Source: Octopus vulgaris (lineage: Eukaryota). Taken from it: 64,000 nt of DNA. The position numbers and the translations under genes are program-made. Below are positions 49,293-62,828 of the stretch, in pieces (within the stretch, counting starts at the first letter, position 1; every line of letters begins with the position of its first letter). The notes under the pieces were generated by a model. It was given only the letters and a program-made list of their open reading frames with translations. It ran no database searches and was not told the origin of the DNA. The stretch covers positions 28,520,001 through 28,584,000 of the forward strand of contig OX597833.1 in the NCBI GenBank assembly GCA_951406725.2. The letters run 5' to 3'.

Positions 49293-52163
49293 TGAGTACA
49301 TCCTTGCCAGGAAAAGGGAAAGATGGCTGCTTATAAATGCCAAAACCTTCCCAGGCGAAGAATGTACCCCACAACATAGACTGGTAGTTAGTGACTTTAG
49401 GATCAGGACTAAGAGGATGACCAGAAGACGACCAACATGGAGAAGAAGGATCTGGAAGCTTAAAGATCCTGCAAATAGACAGAGATTTAGGGACATATTT
49501 TTTTAAGCCTTTGATGAAGTAGAAGGAGATATAGCTTCACATGGGGTAGAAGACAACTGGAGGATTCTAAGGGACAACCTGCTGAGAGCCACTGACCAGA
49601 TCTGTGGCTGGTGCAAAGTCCCCTCTTGACCCAAAATAACGTGGTGGTGGAACAATGTTGTAGACAGGGCTATTAGAGAAAAGAGACAGGCTTGGAAGGA
49701 ATGGAAGAATGGTGGTAGCAGGGAATTGTATCAGACTGCCAAAAGAGAAGCTAGGAGACAGGTTTCTTTAGCCAGAGGGGAAGCAGATAAGAAAAAATTT
49801 GCCAATGTTCTGCACCGTGAGGACCAAAGACTTGAGGTATTTTGCGTTGCAAGACAGTGTGTGAGAGAGAATCGTGATGTGGTAGGAGAAAAATGTGTTC
49901 GCATGGATGATGGTTCACTTGCGCTAAATGAGGATGCAAAGAGAGAGGTTTGGAGACGCCACTATGAAAGGTTGCTGAATAAAGAAAATGAATGGGATAA
50001 AGCGAGTCTGCTGAATGTCGACCCAACAGAGGGACCAGCTATCCAAGTTGACAGTTCCTTAGTAGTTAAGGCAATTAGAAGCATGGAGACAGGGAAAGCC
50101 CCAGGCCCATCAGGAATTACTGCAGAGACGCTCAAAATATCTAGTAGTGTCGGCTATAGCCTAGTCATCCGTATAGTTAACCAGGTGATACACGAAGGAG
50201 TCATTCCCAATGACTGGTGTAGCAGCATAATAGTCAACTGCTACAAAGGTAAAGGTGACACCCTAGATACAAATAATTACAGAGGTATCAAGCTGTTGGA
50301 TCAGGTAATGAAGGTTACGGAGAGGGTCATAGCCCAACTAATTAGAGAAAGAGTTAGTTTAGATGAGATGCAGTTTGGGTTCGTGCCAGGGAAAAGCACC
50401 ACTGATGCCATATTCCTGGTAAGACAGCTGCAGGAGAAATATCTAGCCAAAGATAAGCCCCTGTACCTGGCTTTCGTTGACATGGAGAAAGCCTTCAACA
50501 GGGCCCCCCCCCCGATCTGGTGGTCAATGAGGAAACTAGGGATAGATGAATGGTTAGTGAGAGCTGTGCAAGCCATGTACAGGGACGCTGCTAGTAAGGT
50601 GAGGGTTGGCAATGAGTACAGTGAAGAATTTCGGGTAGAGGTTGGGGTCCACCAAGGTTCAGTCCTCAGCCCCCTCCTATTTATCATAGTCCTCCAGGCA
50701 ATAACGGAGGAATTCAAGACAGGATGCCCCTGGGAGCTCCTCTATGCTGATGACCTTGCTCTAATTGCTGAGTCACTATCAGAACTGGAGGAGAAGTTTC
50801 AGGTGTGGAAGCAAGGATTAGAATCGAAGGGCCTTAGAGTCAACCTAGCTAAAACCAAAGTCCTAATAAGTAGGAAGGTAGACAAGTCACAAACGCCTTC
50901 TGGTAGATAGCCTTGCTTGATCTGTAGAAAAGGCGTAGGTAGAAACTCTATAAGATGCACCAAGTGTAAGCTATGGACACATAAGAGGTGCAGCCATGTC
51001 AAGGGAAGGCTAACTAGGAAGATAGTTTTTGTATGTGGCAGATGCTCAGGAGCAATAAACAACTGAAAATGCGCAGAGAGCAACTTCCGCCACATTCCAG
51101 GGAGAAAAACTAGAAGTTGTTGATAGCTTCCGTTACCTAGGTGACCAAGTCAGTATTGGGGGCGGGTGTGTTGAAAGTGTAACTGCTAGAGTAAGAATAG
51201 CCTGGGCAAAGTTCAGAGAGCTCTTACCTCTGCTAGGGAAAAAAGGCCTCTCGCTCAGAGTAAAAGGCAGACTGTATGACGCATGTGTACGAACAGCTAT
51301 GCTACATGGCAGTGAAACATGGGTCATGACAGCTGAGGATATGTGTAAGCTTGCAAGAAATGAAGCCAGTATGCTCCGATGGATGTGTAATGTCAGTGTT
51401 CATACTCGACAGAGTGTAAGTACCTTGAGAGAGAAGTTGGACCTAAGAAGCATCAGTTGTGGTGTGCAAGAGAGACGTTTGCGCTGGTATGGTCATGTGG
51501 CTAGAATGGATGAAGATAGTTGTGTGCAAAAGTGCCACACCCTAGTGGTTGAGGGAACCTGTGGAAGAGGTAGACCCAGGAAAACCAAGGATGAGGTGGT
51601 GAAGCACAACCTTCGAACTTTAGGTCTCACTGAGGAAATGACTAGAGACCGAGCTCTTTGGAAGTATGCTGTGTGTGAGAAGACCCGGCAGGACAAGTGA
51701 GACCCATAACCCATGGCCTCTACCTGGGATGTAGCCAGTCAACTTATGCATACCTTTCCTTCTTGGGACACAAAACTCTACTTGTGAAGACCTGTTGAGG
51801 CAAGTGAGAATCAGAATCAAAATCGAAATCGATCAACATCAATGGAAATTGTAGCTGTGATACCAGTGCCGGTGGCACGTAAGTGAACCATCTGAACATA
51901 GCCGTTGCCAGCCCCCCATGCCAGTGGCAATAAAAAGCACCAGCCGATCGTGGCCGTATGCCAGCCCCGTCTGGCACCTGTGCTGGTGGCACGTAAAAAG
52001 CATCCACTACACTTTTGGCGTGGTTGGCATTAGGAAGGGCATCCAGCCGTAGAAACATTGCCAGATCAGACTGGGCCTGGTGCAGCCTTCTGGCCTCCCA
52101 GACCCCAGTTGAACCGTCTAACCCATGCTAGCATGGAAAGCGGATGCTAAATGATGATGATGA
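49293..52163 (+). mobile_element. 5'-truncated RTE LINE: end of APE, RT with embedded PHD finger, 3' UTR and (TGA)n tail; a few stops and frameshifts
   Basis: YILARKR...QHRLVVSD; GKAPGPSG, NYRGIKLL, QFGFVPGKSTTDAIF, FVDMEKAF, GVHQGSVLSPLLF, LYADDL, FRYLG, RRLRWYGHV. Confidence 0.95.
49726..50910 (+). pseudogene. RTE ORF segment (RT domain, 394 aa) ending at a premature TAG
   Basis: Longest ORF in the window; TAG replaces the TGG of GRWPC seen in the sister copy. Confidence 0.9.
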
Positions 52164-52284
52164 TATCACCATGATCACCGTGACCGACCAGGCTATCAGA
52201 TGTTGCTACACATCGCTGGTCACAATGTGCTTTCCATTGTTTTAGCCTTCAAATGACGCCACATCGCTGGCTAAGCAAGCAGGC

Positions 52285-52670
<386 letters not shown>

Positions 52671-53755
52671 ACATCAAAAGGATCAAACGTCCATTCCAAG
52701 CCATAAGCTTATGAGATCAGTTTCCTGGATTCTGTGATGTATATATTCTTCCCCCACCCAACTGGATAGGACAGCAGTCCATTGCAGAATTCTTCCTCTT
52801 TAATAGCTGAGTGGACTGGAACAATGTGGAATGAAGTGTTTTGCTCAAGAACACAATGTATTACCCAATCTAGGAATTGAAACCATAATCTTATGATCAT
52901 GAGTGCAACAGCCTAATCACTAAGCTATGCATCGCCATATAACTATATATATGTGCATGTATTGCATATGCATGTTGTGTGTATGTTCGTATATATGTAT
53001 ATATAATATATATGTGTGTGTGTGTGTACTTATGTGTATGTATATATATATGTATACACACACGTATGCATGTGTGTGTGTGTGTATAAATGTATTTAAT
53101 ACATACATTTTACGAGTTTATGTAAGAAACTGCTATGCAAATACCATTATCTTCAGTTTTTAAAAGCAAAATACATTGGGTAGACCCAAATTACCCCTGT
53201 ATATAGTCAATTGGAAAAAAAAAGTAACAGAAACCCATAGAAAAGAGAAATAGAAATAGATAAAACAGAAAGACAAGAGAGACTATAATTTTATCAATAT
53301 CCAAGGAAGAAGAGAAGCAATGAAAGATAATATAATGATGATAAATAAATTAATACATAAATACATTAGCTGCAACCATAGACAGTAAGTAAAGAACAAA
53401 CTAAATTATACTACCAAATTGAAGCAAACTAAGATATACTGATAAAATCTCAAGGAGTGTTGCTTTTAAGCATCACTCTTTTTCTCACTGAGTCATAAAG
53501 CTATAAATTTTAAAAAGTACTTACTTATTAGGCCAATGCTCTATTATTAGATTGAATTCGAAAGAAACATTTGTGTCTTTTGGATATAATGTAGAATAAT
53601 AAAAGGCAATAATACTGCTATGTCAATTAAAAGAATAAGTAATAACCATAGCTTTTAATTAATTCTAACAATAATGATATAAATATCAATGATAATATTG
53701 ATTATACAACACCACTGCCGCTGTCACCACCAGCACCAGCAGCAACAACAACATC

Positions 53756-53822
<67 letters not shown>

Positions 53823-54364
53823 ACAACAACAACAACAACAACAACAATATTTTATAAAGATTGATGCAACTCTTCACGAAGGTGAATAAACAATAAGAAG
53901 AGTGTGATTGTAATAGATTGTTTATTGGTTTGAACGATACTAACCCAAATTCAAAATGTAAAATGAAAAACATAAATTCAAAAATATGAACAAGGAAATC
54001 TCGCATTCCCACTTTGATAGAATGACATCATTAGTCTTCAATTTTGCAACTGACAAAAAGAAAAAGAAGGGTAAAAGAAAAACATTGACCTCAGTGCTCA
54101 ATTGGTACTTATTTTATCAACTCTGAAAGGATGAAAGGCATAAATGGCCCTTCATCTTGACTGTAGCTTCACTCAGTTGAAGGGAGTCCTTAGTTTGGCA
54201 ACCTAACTAGTGCTGGTGCTAAAAAAAAAAAAAATTTGAATTCAGAACTTAAAGACAGATGAAATTCTGCTAAACATTTTGCTCAGCATGCTAATGATCC
54301 TGTCAGCTTGTACCTTCTATAATAACAACAACAACAACAACAATAATAATAATAATAATAATAA

Positions 54365-54865
54365 ATGATCTTAACTGATTGGAAGTGTTATCATGTACAT
54401 TGTTTTGTCTTGGTATAAAAGTTGGGCTACAGCAAATATTCTGCTCAATACCACAGATTTGCTTGTCAGTTGTTTGACCGTAACCAGTTGAGCATGTCCC
54501 TTAGCGGCTGACGATATGTGCATCTCTGATCACGAGCAGAAGTAGTGGGGGAGCATCATAGCCGTGTGTTGAGAGGGATTCTTTGGGGTTTGAATAATTC
54601 ACCTCTGGAAACATCCTTAAACAACCCTTATTCAGGGACCTTTTGAGCGGGATGGGCTACTCAACCTGAAGAAAATTCTAACTGGGCCCCACCTGCAAGG
54701 TCATGTGCTGTTTATCTTGATATGAGATCACCATGTCGTGCACATATGGTTGTGATGCATGTGCCTGGTGTACCCTTATCAGACGGGTAGTCATGATGGG
54801 TATATTGGGCTTCGTATATTTTACCCCAGTATCACTTTGATGGCATGAACTGCTCTCTCACTCAA
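54365..54865 (+). mobile_element. Non-coding interspersed element embedded in an (AAT)n tract; probable retroelement 3' region
   Basis: (aat)n on both sides; partial second copy at ~32160-32325. Confidence 0.6.
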
Positions 54866-54903
54866 TAATAATAATAATAATAACAATAATAATAATGATG
54901 ATG

Positions 54904-54934
<31 letters not shown>

Positions 54935-54935
<1 letters not shown>

Positions 54936-55600
54936 CTCTTTTATTTGCCACCAGGGTAAAAGCTGAGGAGTACAATGCAAGCATGGACATAAAATGCAGG
55001 GATTTATCAAGTATGCATGATATACAATATTAACCAAAGAAAAGTATACATGGAATACATCAGTAAAATAAAAAGAAAAAAAGATGGGAGTGATGTTATT
55101 TTCTTGATACTGGAGGATCTCTAGGGCTAATTAAGGGACCTCACCATCCAAGATTCCCTAAACATCAAGAGCAAGTACTTTCTTCAATTTTTGTTCTCCA
55201 ACTCAAAAGTTTGTACACCAATGACAAACACCAACCCTTTCACTAACATTTTGGCCAAAATCTTAACCTTTGGGTTTAACAGTTATGGGCCCAAATTTCC
55301 TATTACATTCCATTTAACATTGTCCTTTTTCAGCAGCATTACTACTCCCAAGTTTACAGCACATGGAGTTATACCATTCTGCTGCCAGTTACAGTAGATC
55401 ATCAAACAAACCTGGCATGAACTCGTAGAATTCAAAGAGCAGACAATCCAAGCCATGCAATTTGTGTTTTGTGCAACCACTCATCACCTTCATATTTCAG
55501 CATGTGTTGTCAGCTTTTCACAGAACCTTATGTCTATTACCAAGAGCTGCAACAGGGCATCTGGGTATGAACTAAAGTCCACTACCATTGCTGACCTATT
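54935..55600 (-). mobile_element. Degraded L1/Tx1-clade LINE fragment
   Basis: GLDCLLFEFY...GVVMLLKKD....IGNLGP...KVKILAKMLVKGL; AATAAA near the 3' end. Confidence 0.6.
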
Positions 55601-56663
55601 GATTTCTCCAAATAGTCATAGGAAGTGCTACTGAAAAGCTGCACTCATCTGCCCAGAACCTGGAATGATGTGATTAGGAAGCAAAGTTCTTACCATATAG
55701 CCACGCCTAGCATTTAGTAAACCCTCAGATGTCTTGGGAGTGTTTTTATTTTAGGACAAAATAAGTCTCAGAATCAGTCTATATAAGCAGTCTGTCAGAA
55801 AGTGTTTTCAGGAGGAGTACAACACATCTCTCCCTACTTGAAGTTGATAAAGAAAATATGAGCTTAGCATGTGACAGTCATGTTGTTGTTCCAGTGTTTG
55901 TTTTTGTGATTTCTTGTGAATTTGTGGTTGTGAATGTGCTTGTAAGAATTGGTTTTGTTGTTGTTTTGATGTTGCTGATATTTTTGGTGTATGATTTTGT
56001 GATGGTGCTGTTGTTCCAGAAATCCATGAACCATGAAATTTGAGCAACCTTTCTGGACTTTACACCATCACAAAATCACACACACAAACAAATGCCCACA
56101 TGCACGCATACACACACACACACACATACCATGCACACACACACACACACACACACACACAAGTTCATTTTCAAGGCTTCGGTTGACCTGGTGTAGACAA
56201 CACTTACCCAAGGTGCTGCGAGACTAAACCTGATACCACATCGTTGGGAAACATATCATCATCATCATCATCATCATCTTCAGCAGCAGCAGCATTATCA
56301 TCTTCATCACCATTTAATATCCATGTCCCATGCTGGCATGAGATGGATGGGCAGATAGCATCCAAAGATTTCAAAGACTGCATTGTATTCCAATACCTGC
56401 TTCGGCATGGTTTCTATGGCTGGAAGTCCTTCCTAACATTTTACAGCATGTATTGGGTGCTTTTTTTTTTTTTTAGCAACAGCACTAGTTAGGTTGCCAA
56501 ACTAAGGACTCCCTTCAACTGAGTGAAGCTACAGTCAAGAGGAAGGGCCATTTACGCTACAAGAAGGATTAAAGTGTGAGAGAAAGGACTTAACAGTACA
56601 AACTTCTTGCTGTTGAGGAGCTACATGGCGTGGTCAGGATGGAGCAGAAAAAAGATAAAACTT

Positions 56664-56790
56664 GTGATGATGAGGTGGGCCTTCAAGATATGAGGTTAGG
56701 ATAAGTGATGATGAGGTGGACCTTCAAGATATGAGGTTAGGATAAGTGATGATGAGGTGGACCTTCAAGATATGAGGTTAGGATAAGTGA
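56664..56790. repeat. 41-bp tandem repeat x3
   Basis: gtgatgatgaggtggaccttcaagatatgaggttaggataa at 56664, 56705 and 56746. Confidence 0.9.
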
Positions 56791-57218
56791 GAAGGGACAG
56801 AAGAACAGGAAGTGTTGGTGGGTGAAGGTTACAAGAATGTGTGGGAGATGGTTAGAGATGGAGAATGAGTAAGAGGGTGAAATATAAGGAAGAACAAGTG
56901 CTGAGAGACGGTAAGTAGGAAAGAGTAGGTGACAACTGTAGAAATTGGTTAAGGTTGAGGAGTGGAAGTAGTGAATAGGGAATAATGGGTGAGGGTGACC
57001 AAGAATACATATGAGTTGGAGAAAGGTTGGTTGGAGAGAGGAGAAGAGATGACTGACAGTGCAGACAGTGGGAGTGAAGAACAACAGAATAGTAATAATG
57101 ATATAGTAAACAAGGGAAGGATGAGTGAGAATGAGAGGAAGGTGTCAAGTGGTTAGGTAGGTTGTAAGAGAGCAAGGGGGAAAGATAGCATAATAAATAG
57201 GGAAGAGGGAGAGGTGTA

Positions 57219-58400
57219 TTTAATTTAATTTTAATTTAATTTTTAATTTAATTTAATTTTTTGGCTCAAAAAGCAAAAGCAAGGCCATGTAGGGGGACAT
57301 GGAGTTATGTACAGGGAGGGTGTTCATACAAAGAGTTCAGGCCATTTCTGGTCAAGAGAGACTTTGAACCAAGCGGTCGTCGGCATCTTATTCCATGGAT
57401 CCACAACCCGGACAGAGAAAGCCCCTCTCCTTCAATTGAGATGAAATCGTCGTTGATAGAGCTTTTTGGAGTGACCCTGCAGCCCACGCTCTGGAGCAGG
57501 AGTGAAGAACAGCTCTTTCAAGAGGTTACACTTTCTGCTTATGATGTTGTGAGCAAGAATGAGATCACCACAGCGGCGGCGTTTTTCTAGAGAATAAAGG
57601 TCGAGTGTCTTCAGCCTTTCTTCATAAGACAAATGCTTGAGACCAAGAACCATGTGGGTAGCCAGCTTCTGGACTCTTTCGAGATGATGTATGTCTTTGA
57701 GGAGATAAGGACAAGAGGCTTGAATCCCGTACTCCAATATGGGTCTCACCAGCATGACATAGAGCGGTAGGAATATGGCTGCTGTGAGCATTCCGAATGA
57801 CCGTCGAATCTAAAACAGAACTCCGCGTGCTTTGTTGGCAGCATGGACGCATTGGGCCGAAGGTGAAAAGGAAGAATCCACCAAGAAACCCAGGTCCTTT
57901 ACTTGGTCGGTCTTCTCCAGCAGCAGACGAACCTGAGTTGCAGGAGAGGAGCCAACAGGCAGATGACAACACTTTGACACGTTCAGACACAGGTCCCATT
58001 CGTTTGACCATCTCCAAACTTGGTGGAGGCATCGACGAAGATCATCTATATCACTGCGAGGAGCAACCAGTTTGACATCGTCGGCAAATAGAAGGATGTG
58101 TTGCATGAGGTCGTCGGGCAAGTCATTGATGAAGACTAAAAACAATAACAGCCCAAGCACTGAACCTTGAGGCATGCCACTGCTCGCACTGGAGACGTCG
58201 GACAGCATACCATTAACTTGGACTTGGAAGGAGCGATCTGAGAGGAAGGCACCAATCCATTGTACAATATCTGGATGGAAACTATATGCTTGAAGCTTGA
58301 CAAGTAATAGGCGGTGGTTAACCGAGTCAAAAGCTTTGGCAAAGTCCAATAAAATGATGTCAACAGCATCACCATCATCCAGTGTATGGTGATGGGGAGA
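57219..58400 (-). mobile_element. 5'-truncated CR1-group LINE with (ATTAA)n-like tail
   Basis: VDIILLDFAKAFDSVNH, GMPQGSVLG, FADDVK, VKDLG, LVRPILEYG, LERVQKLAT, LYSLEKRR. Confidence 0.9.
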
Positions 58401-59219
58401 GATAATTCGCTGGTTGAGGAAGGTGATCAATGTTAAGTATTGGTAGAGAAGACAGTACTAAAAATGATTGCAAGATATGAAGGGAAATATTTCTGGCTGA
58501 TTAAAAAGATAGGTGGTGGTATCAGGAAAAGCTAGTGAAGTATGCAGTCCTGCTCACATTTAATTACAGCAGCAGGTTATTTCAGTTAGAGATGATGGGT
58601 GTTGGAGATGAAAACCAGATTTAGGCCCTGAGAGATCCAGGGCACTTCATGTTTGGTGGGTTACTCATATATTGGTTTCAAATTTTGGTAGAAGGTCAGC
58701 AATTTTGGGGGAAGGGATAAGTTTCACCCCACATCTTTACTACTATATTCTACTACAATGCCTACAAAATGTCTTTTGTTCTACACTTGACATCTAAAAA
58801 CATTTTTAATGATTTCCTCAAACTGTATCATCTTTAGAACTCTGTCCTCTTAATCCAAAAGGCACAGAGTACTTAATCTTTCAAACATCATTGTGACTTT
58901 CAGAAAATCCATCAGTCTCAATTTACTGAATGACCTCTCTCCTAAACAACTGGTGACCATCTAGCTCAAATACATCCTAAGAGCTTCAAGACTTGGAAAG
59001 GTATCAACAAGCCCTTCATGATGGATTAAAAGTGCCTATTGACATGGAGTGAGACATGACCTTAACTTACAAAAGGCTGAAAACTATACAATTTCTTTAA
59101 TGAACACATAGCTAATATCACAGGGAAAGCAGTGATGAGTTTTCACAGCTTCAGATTTTATCTCAAGTAGACTGCTATACTCAAGAAGACCCACCCACCA
59201 CAATAGAATTGAGATCCTA

Positions 59220-59480
59220 AAACCAAAGTGCCACATAAAATGCATTTGTGTCACATAAAAAGCACTGGTGTCACATAAAAAGCACTGGTGATGGCCCCAC
59301 ATAAAAAGCACCCAATACACATTGCAAAGTGGTTGGCATTAAGAAGGGTATTCAGCTGTGGAAACCAAGCAAAAGCTGACAATGGAACCTAGTGTAGCCC
59401 CTGGCCTTGTCAGTTCCTGTCAAGCTATCCAACCCATGCAAGTATGGAAACTGGACATTAAATTATGATGATGAGATGAT
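59220..59480 (+). mobile_element. Old RTE 3' UTR/SINE copy with 20-bp tandem units; further copies at 56280-56470 (minus), 62840-62990 and 63320-63570
   Basis: gtcacataaaaagcactggt repeats, ggcattaagaagggtattcagctgt, (gat)n tail. Confidence 0.7.
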
Positions 59481-59517
59481 GGTGGTGGTAGTGGTGGTGG
59501 TGGTGATGATGATGATG

Positions 59518-59616
59518 TAAACTACATAAGTTGACTGTGACTTTGAACTTTTGCACTGATTGGTAGGCTACCAATCAGTGCAAAAGTTCAAAGTCATAGT
59601 CAACTTGTGTAGTTTA
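59518..59616. repeat. 99-bp near-perfect palindrome
   Basis: 49-bp arms, 1-nt centre at 59567, two mismatches. Confidence 0.9.
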
Positions 59617-59797
59617 TAAGCCTCATGCAAAGCACTGCACAGGGTTCCCTACAGACATAACCATCTCACAAACAGAAATAATGGTGGCGCCCCAGCATAG
59701 CTGCAAGCCATGCTGGGGCACCACTCCTGGGCTGAAACTAGAATCAGATTATAACTAAAAAATTTAAATTCTAAAATGACCAAAAACATAGAATATA

Positions 59798-60632
59798 AAA
59801 TCTGTTCAGTTTTGCTCACAGATTTTTTAATTATATTTTTTTTAACTAAACAGTTTGAAACTTCGTATACTGGTGTATTTTCTCATGCTGAACACCGTTC
59901 ACTTTCTACATTTTTGAAGAACTTCTGGGTCATCTCTCCTAAATGTCGCCACTCTGTTCTATTCATATGTCAAGTGAAGGGCAAAAAGAAACTGTTGCTC
60001 CTTTGTCATAGCTGACACAAAAGAGAAGCTTTCAGCTGCATGAAAGACAATGCCACCTTTATCCTTTATTCCTTTCAAGTCAGCACTATGCATTCCTTAC
60101 TCTTTCCCTCTCTACTGGCAGACAGCCACTTTTATACTATCAACTACCAACCAGTGAGCGAACTTGTTACTGCCACTACAATTACTGCTGTATCTCTAAC
60201 TACATGTCAGACAAACTGATAAATATATGTAAATAATATTTCTTCTTTCTTGGTGTTGATTCTTTGATGTTTACTGGTTACTCTGATGCAAGAACCAAAA
60301 AAAAGTGTGTAATATGCAACACAAGCAGTAAACAAAAATAAGACAGAACAGAATGGTGACATTTAGTAGAGATGACCCAGAAGTTGTTCCTCTTCAATTA
60401 CTATCACAAACAGCAGTAGTTTTCTTCAACTGAATACATATCGTTGATTGGTTAAAATCACCCAAATATGACAACTTTAACATGAAATAACTTCTAAAAT
60501 ATAAAATTTTGTCAAAGATGTTGAAAGTAAAACGTGTTCAGCATGAGAAATTACACCAGTATATGAAGTTTCAAACTGTTTAGCTACATAAAAATAATTT
60601 TTAAAAATCTGTGAATGAAATTGAACAGATCC
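59798..60632. mobile_element. Older relative of the GGATC-terminal (Merlin-like) MITEs
   Basis: ~95-bp TIRs sharing aaacttcgtatactggt and the GATCC end; additional inner inverted pair ~59920-59965 / ~60345-60385. Confidence 0.65.
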
Positions 60633-60978
60633 AAATTTTCAAATCTTATTCAACTTCATTTAAGATTTCCCCTCTCTAGGATAGTTGCCAAAATGTTACA
60701 ACTATTGGCCTATGAATGACATAAACAAACCATAGGATGCATGTTTCTGCATTGTTGCACATGGTCAGTTATAAAAAGTAAGCTGTCATTCAGAGCCACT
60801 AAAAATAGGTTGTTCTTATAGAAGAGCAAATAGGTTGTTCTTATAGAAGAGCAAATAGTATATTTGCTGATGAGCACAAAGCTTTGTCTAGCTGGAATTT
60901 ATTTATTGGAGGTGCACTAAGCAGTATTGAATGAAATATATCATTTGTTATTCTGAGAGGGATAGGAGAATTTCATAC

Positions 60979-61020
<42 letters not shown>

Positions 61021-62729
61021 TTATTATGAATGTCGCACATGGTTACAGCAGATAATTTTATTGTGGTCAAAATGACAGAAAGTAAACATTTTTTATAGGA
61101 ACTGGCAGGAATGAGTTACTACTTTCAGTATTCATTCAGCTAAACATCTGCTTTTTATGAAATCAGTAGGATATACAGTTTTGATTCAGGTTTGCTTAAT
61201 CTGTGTAGGAAAAAAATATGTGTAAGCTGTGTCAGTTTGAATCAATCTGTCATATCAATGTCAAAAATGAACTGTATAGCTCAAAACAAGCTGTGCTCAA
61301 GTTCTCACATTAGCTTTGAACGTGAGTTGCATAATATGAAACAAGATATGGTCAGTTTGTTGTATCTTGGTCAGTTGTGAATTATACAGCTTAAAACCAG
61401 CTGTGTTTAAATTGTTGCATTAGAATCTAATGTGAGCTATGTAATTCATGAATGTTATTGTATCATGGGATAACTACAGAAATAAAGCTGGAGAAATTTG
61501 TCATATTGAGTGTGATAAATAAGCTGAAAACTGGAAATAATCTGTGTGCCTTCTCTACTCAATACGTGACTGGAGAGAAGCAAATCTGTAGTAGTAGTGC
61601 ACAGCAAAGTTGTATAGTCCTGTAAAGTTGTAGGTTTCTGCTATAGTCAGATAAGGAAAACATTGGTGAAAGTTACTGAAGCAAGAGCAATGAAGGTGGG
61701 GCTCTATGTGATATAACCTGAAATACAATATTATCCAATTGTTCTATCAAGATGGAAGCCATGATTTTCTGTTGGGGTAAGGAGCATGTGGAAACAAAGT
61801 TTGCTGTTTTTTTCATAGTATTGTAGGCTTAGAACAGTCCATTGTCTGATCTAGTTCATTTCTTGTATAACTTTGACTACTATAGTATTAATATTAAGGG
61901 ATATTCGATTCACTGGTGCTTCAAAGCTTGTGTTTTGGGACTATCAACAAATTATTTTAATTGAGAAGAATGCAGTTTTGGCTGCAGTAATCATGTGGAT
62001 CTGAAGTTAACTTTTTAACCAAACAGCCATGCCTACACACACATAAATATGCAACAAAAATATTTTATGTTGGTGTTGATAGATAGAGGAACAAAAATCT
62101 ATATGAAGTTCCAAATACAAAATATTTATTATCATTAACAAAACAATGTGTCATTGCGACAAACAACAGAAAAAAGATGTTTACACCAAGTGACGCAGTT
62201 CAGCAATTTGTGCAGGATATGTATCAGTACTGACAGTTTACAGTAACAGTGGTTGAATAGTGTAACTGAAGTTAAGTGACATAAGTTCATGCAGCCATAG
62301 GTCTTGGCTAGGCTGCAACCTCTGATGTTGTTGTCATATTCTGTAGCTGAGGTTGAGTGGTATAAGTTTGTGCAGCCATTGGTTTTGGTAGGGCTACAAC
62401 CGCAGGCTAGTTGGCAGATAAACAAATCTATATATAGTCAAGGTCTGTCAAAGAAAAGGTACTAAAGACAAAATTGTTAATGACATACTGTTTCTGCCAG
62501 AGGTTTGAGTGATCAGTTGTTTGCTGATGTCATAAATCTTTGGCAGAATCTTATCTGTGTTGTTTAGTTATCATACATCTGAATAAAAATGATAGTTTGA
62601 TTTCTTGGTAATGAGTTGGTGCTTGGGGTTCTCATGGTAAATATCACAGTATTCTGTGTTCTAACACAACATCCACTATCAAGCGGGGGTAAATATTACC
62701 TTTTCATGCATAAACACATATATGTATAC

Positions 62730-62761
<32 letters not shown>

Positions 62762-62790
62762 TTGTGTGTAAATGTATATATGTGTGTATG

Positions 62791-62828
<38 letters not shown>

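Noticed and set aside
53710-53847. Poly-Val/Leu membrane-like ORF
   Set aside because: Compound (CAC)(TAC)(AAC) trinucleotide microsatellite
60803-60856. 25-bp direct duplication aaataggttgttcttatagaagagc
   Set aside because: Simple tandem duplication with nothing inserted between copies
61700-62640. Cys-rich ORF 62135-62425 with an internal ~70-80-bp degenerate repeat, possible PLE or host exon
   Set aside because: No recognisable motif or splice signals; flanking frames are full of stops; cannot assign
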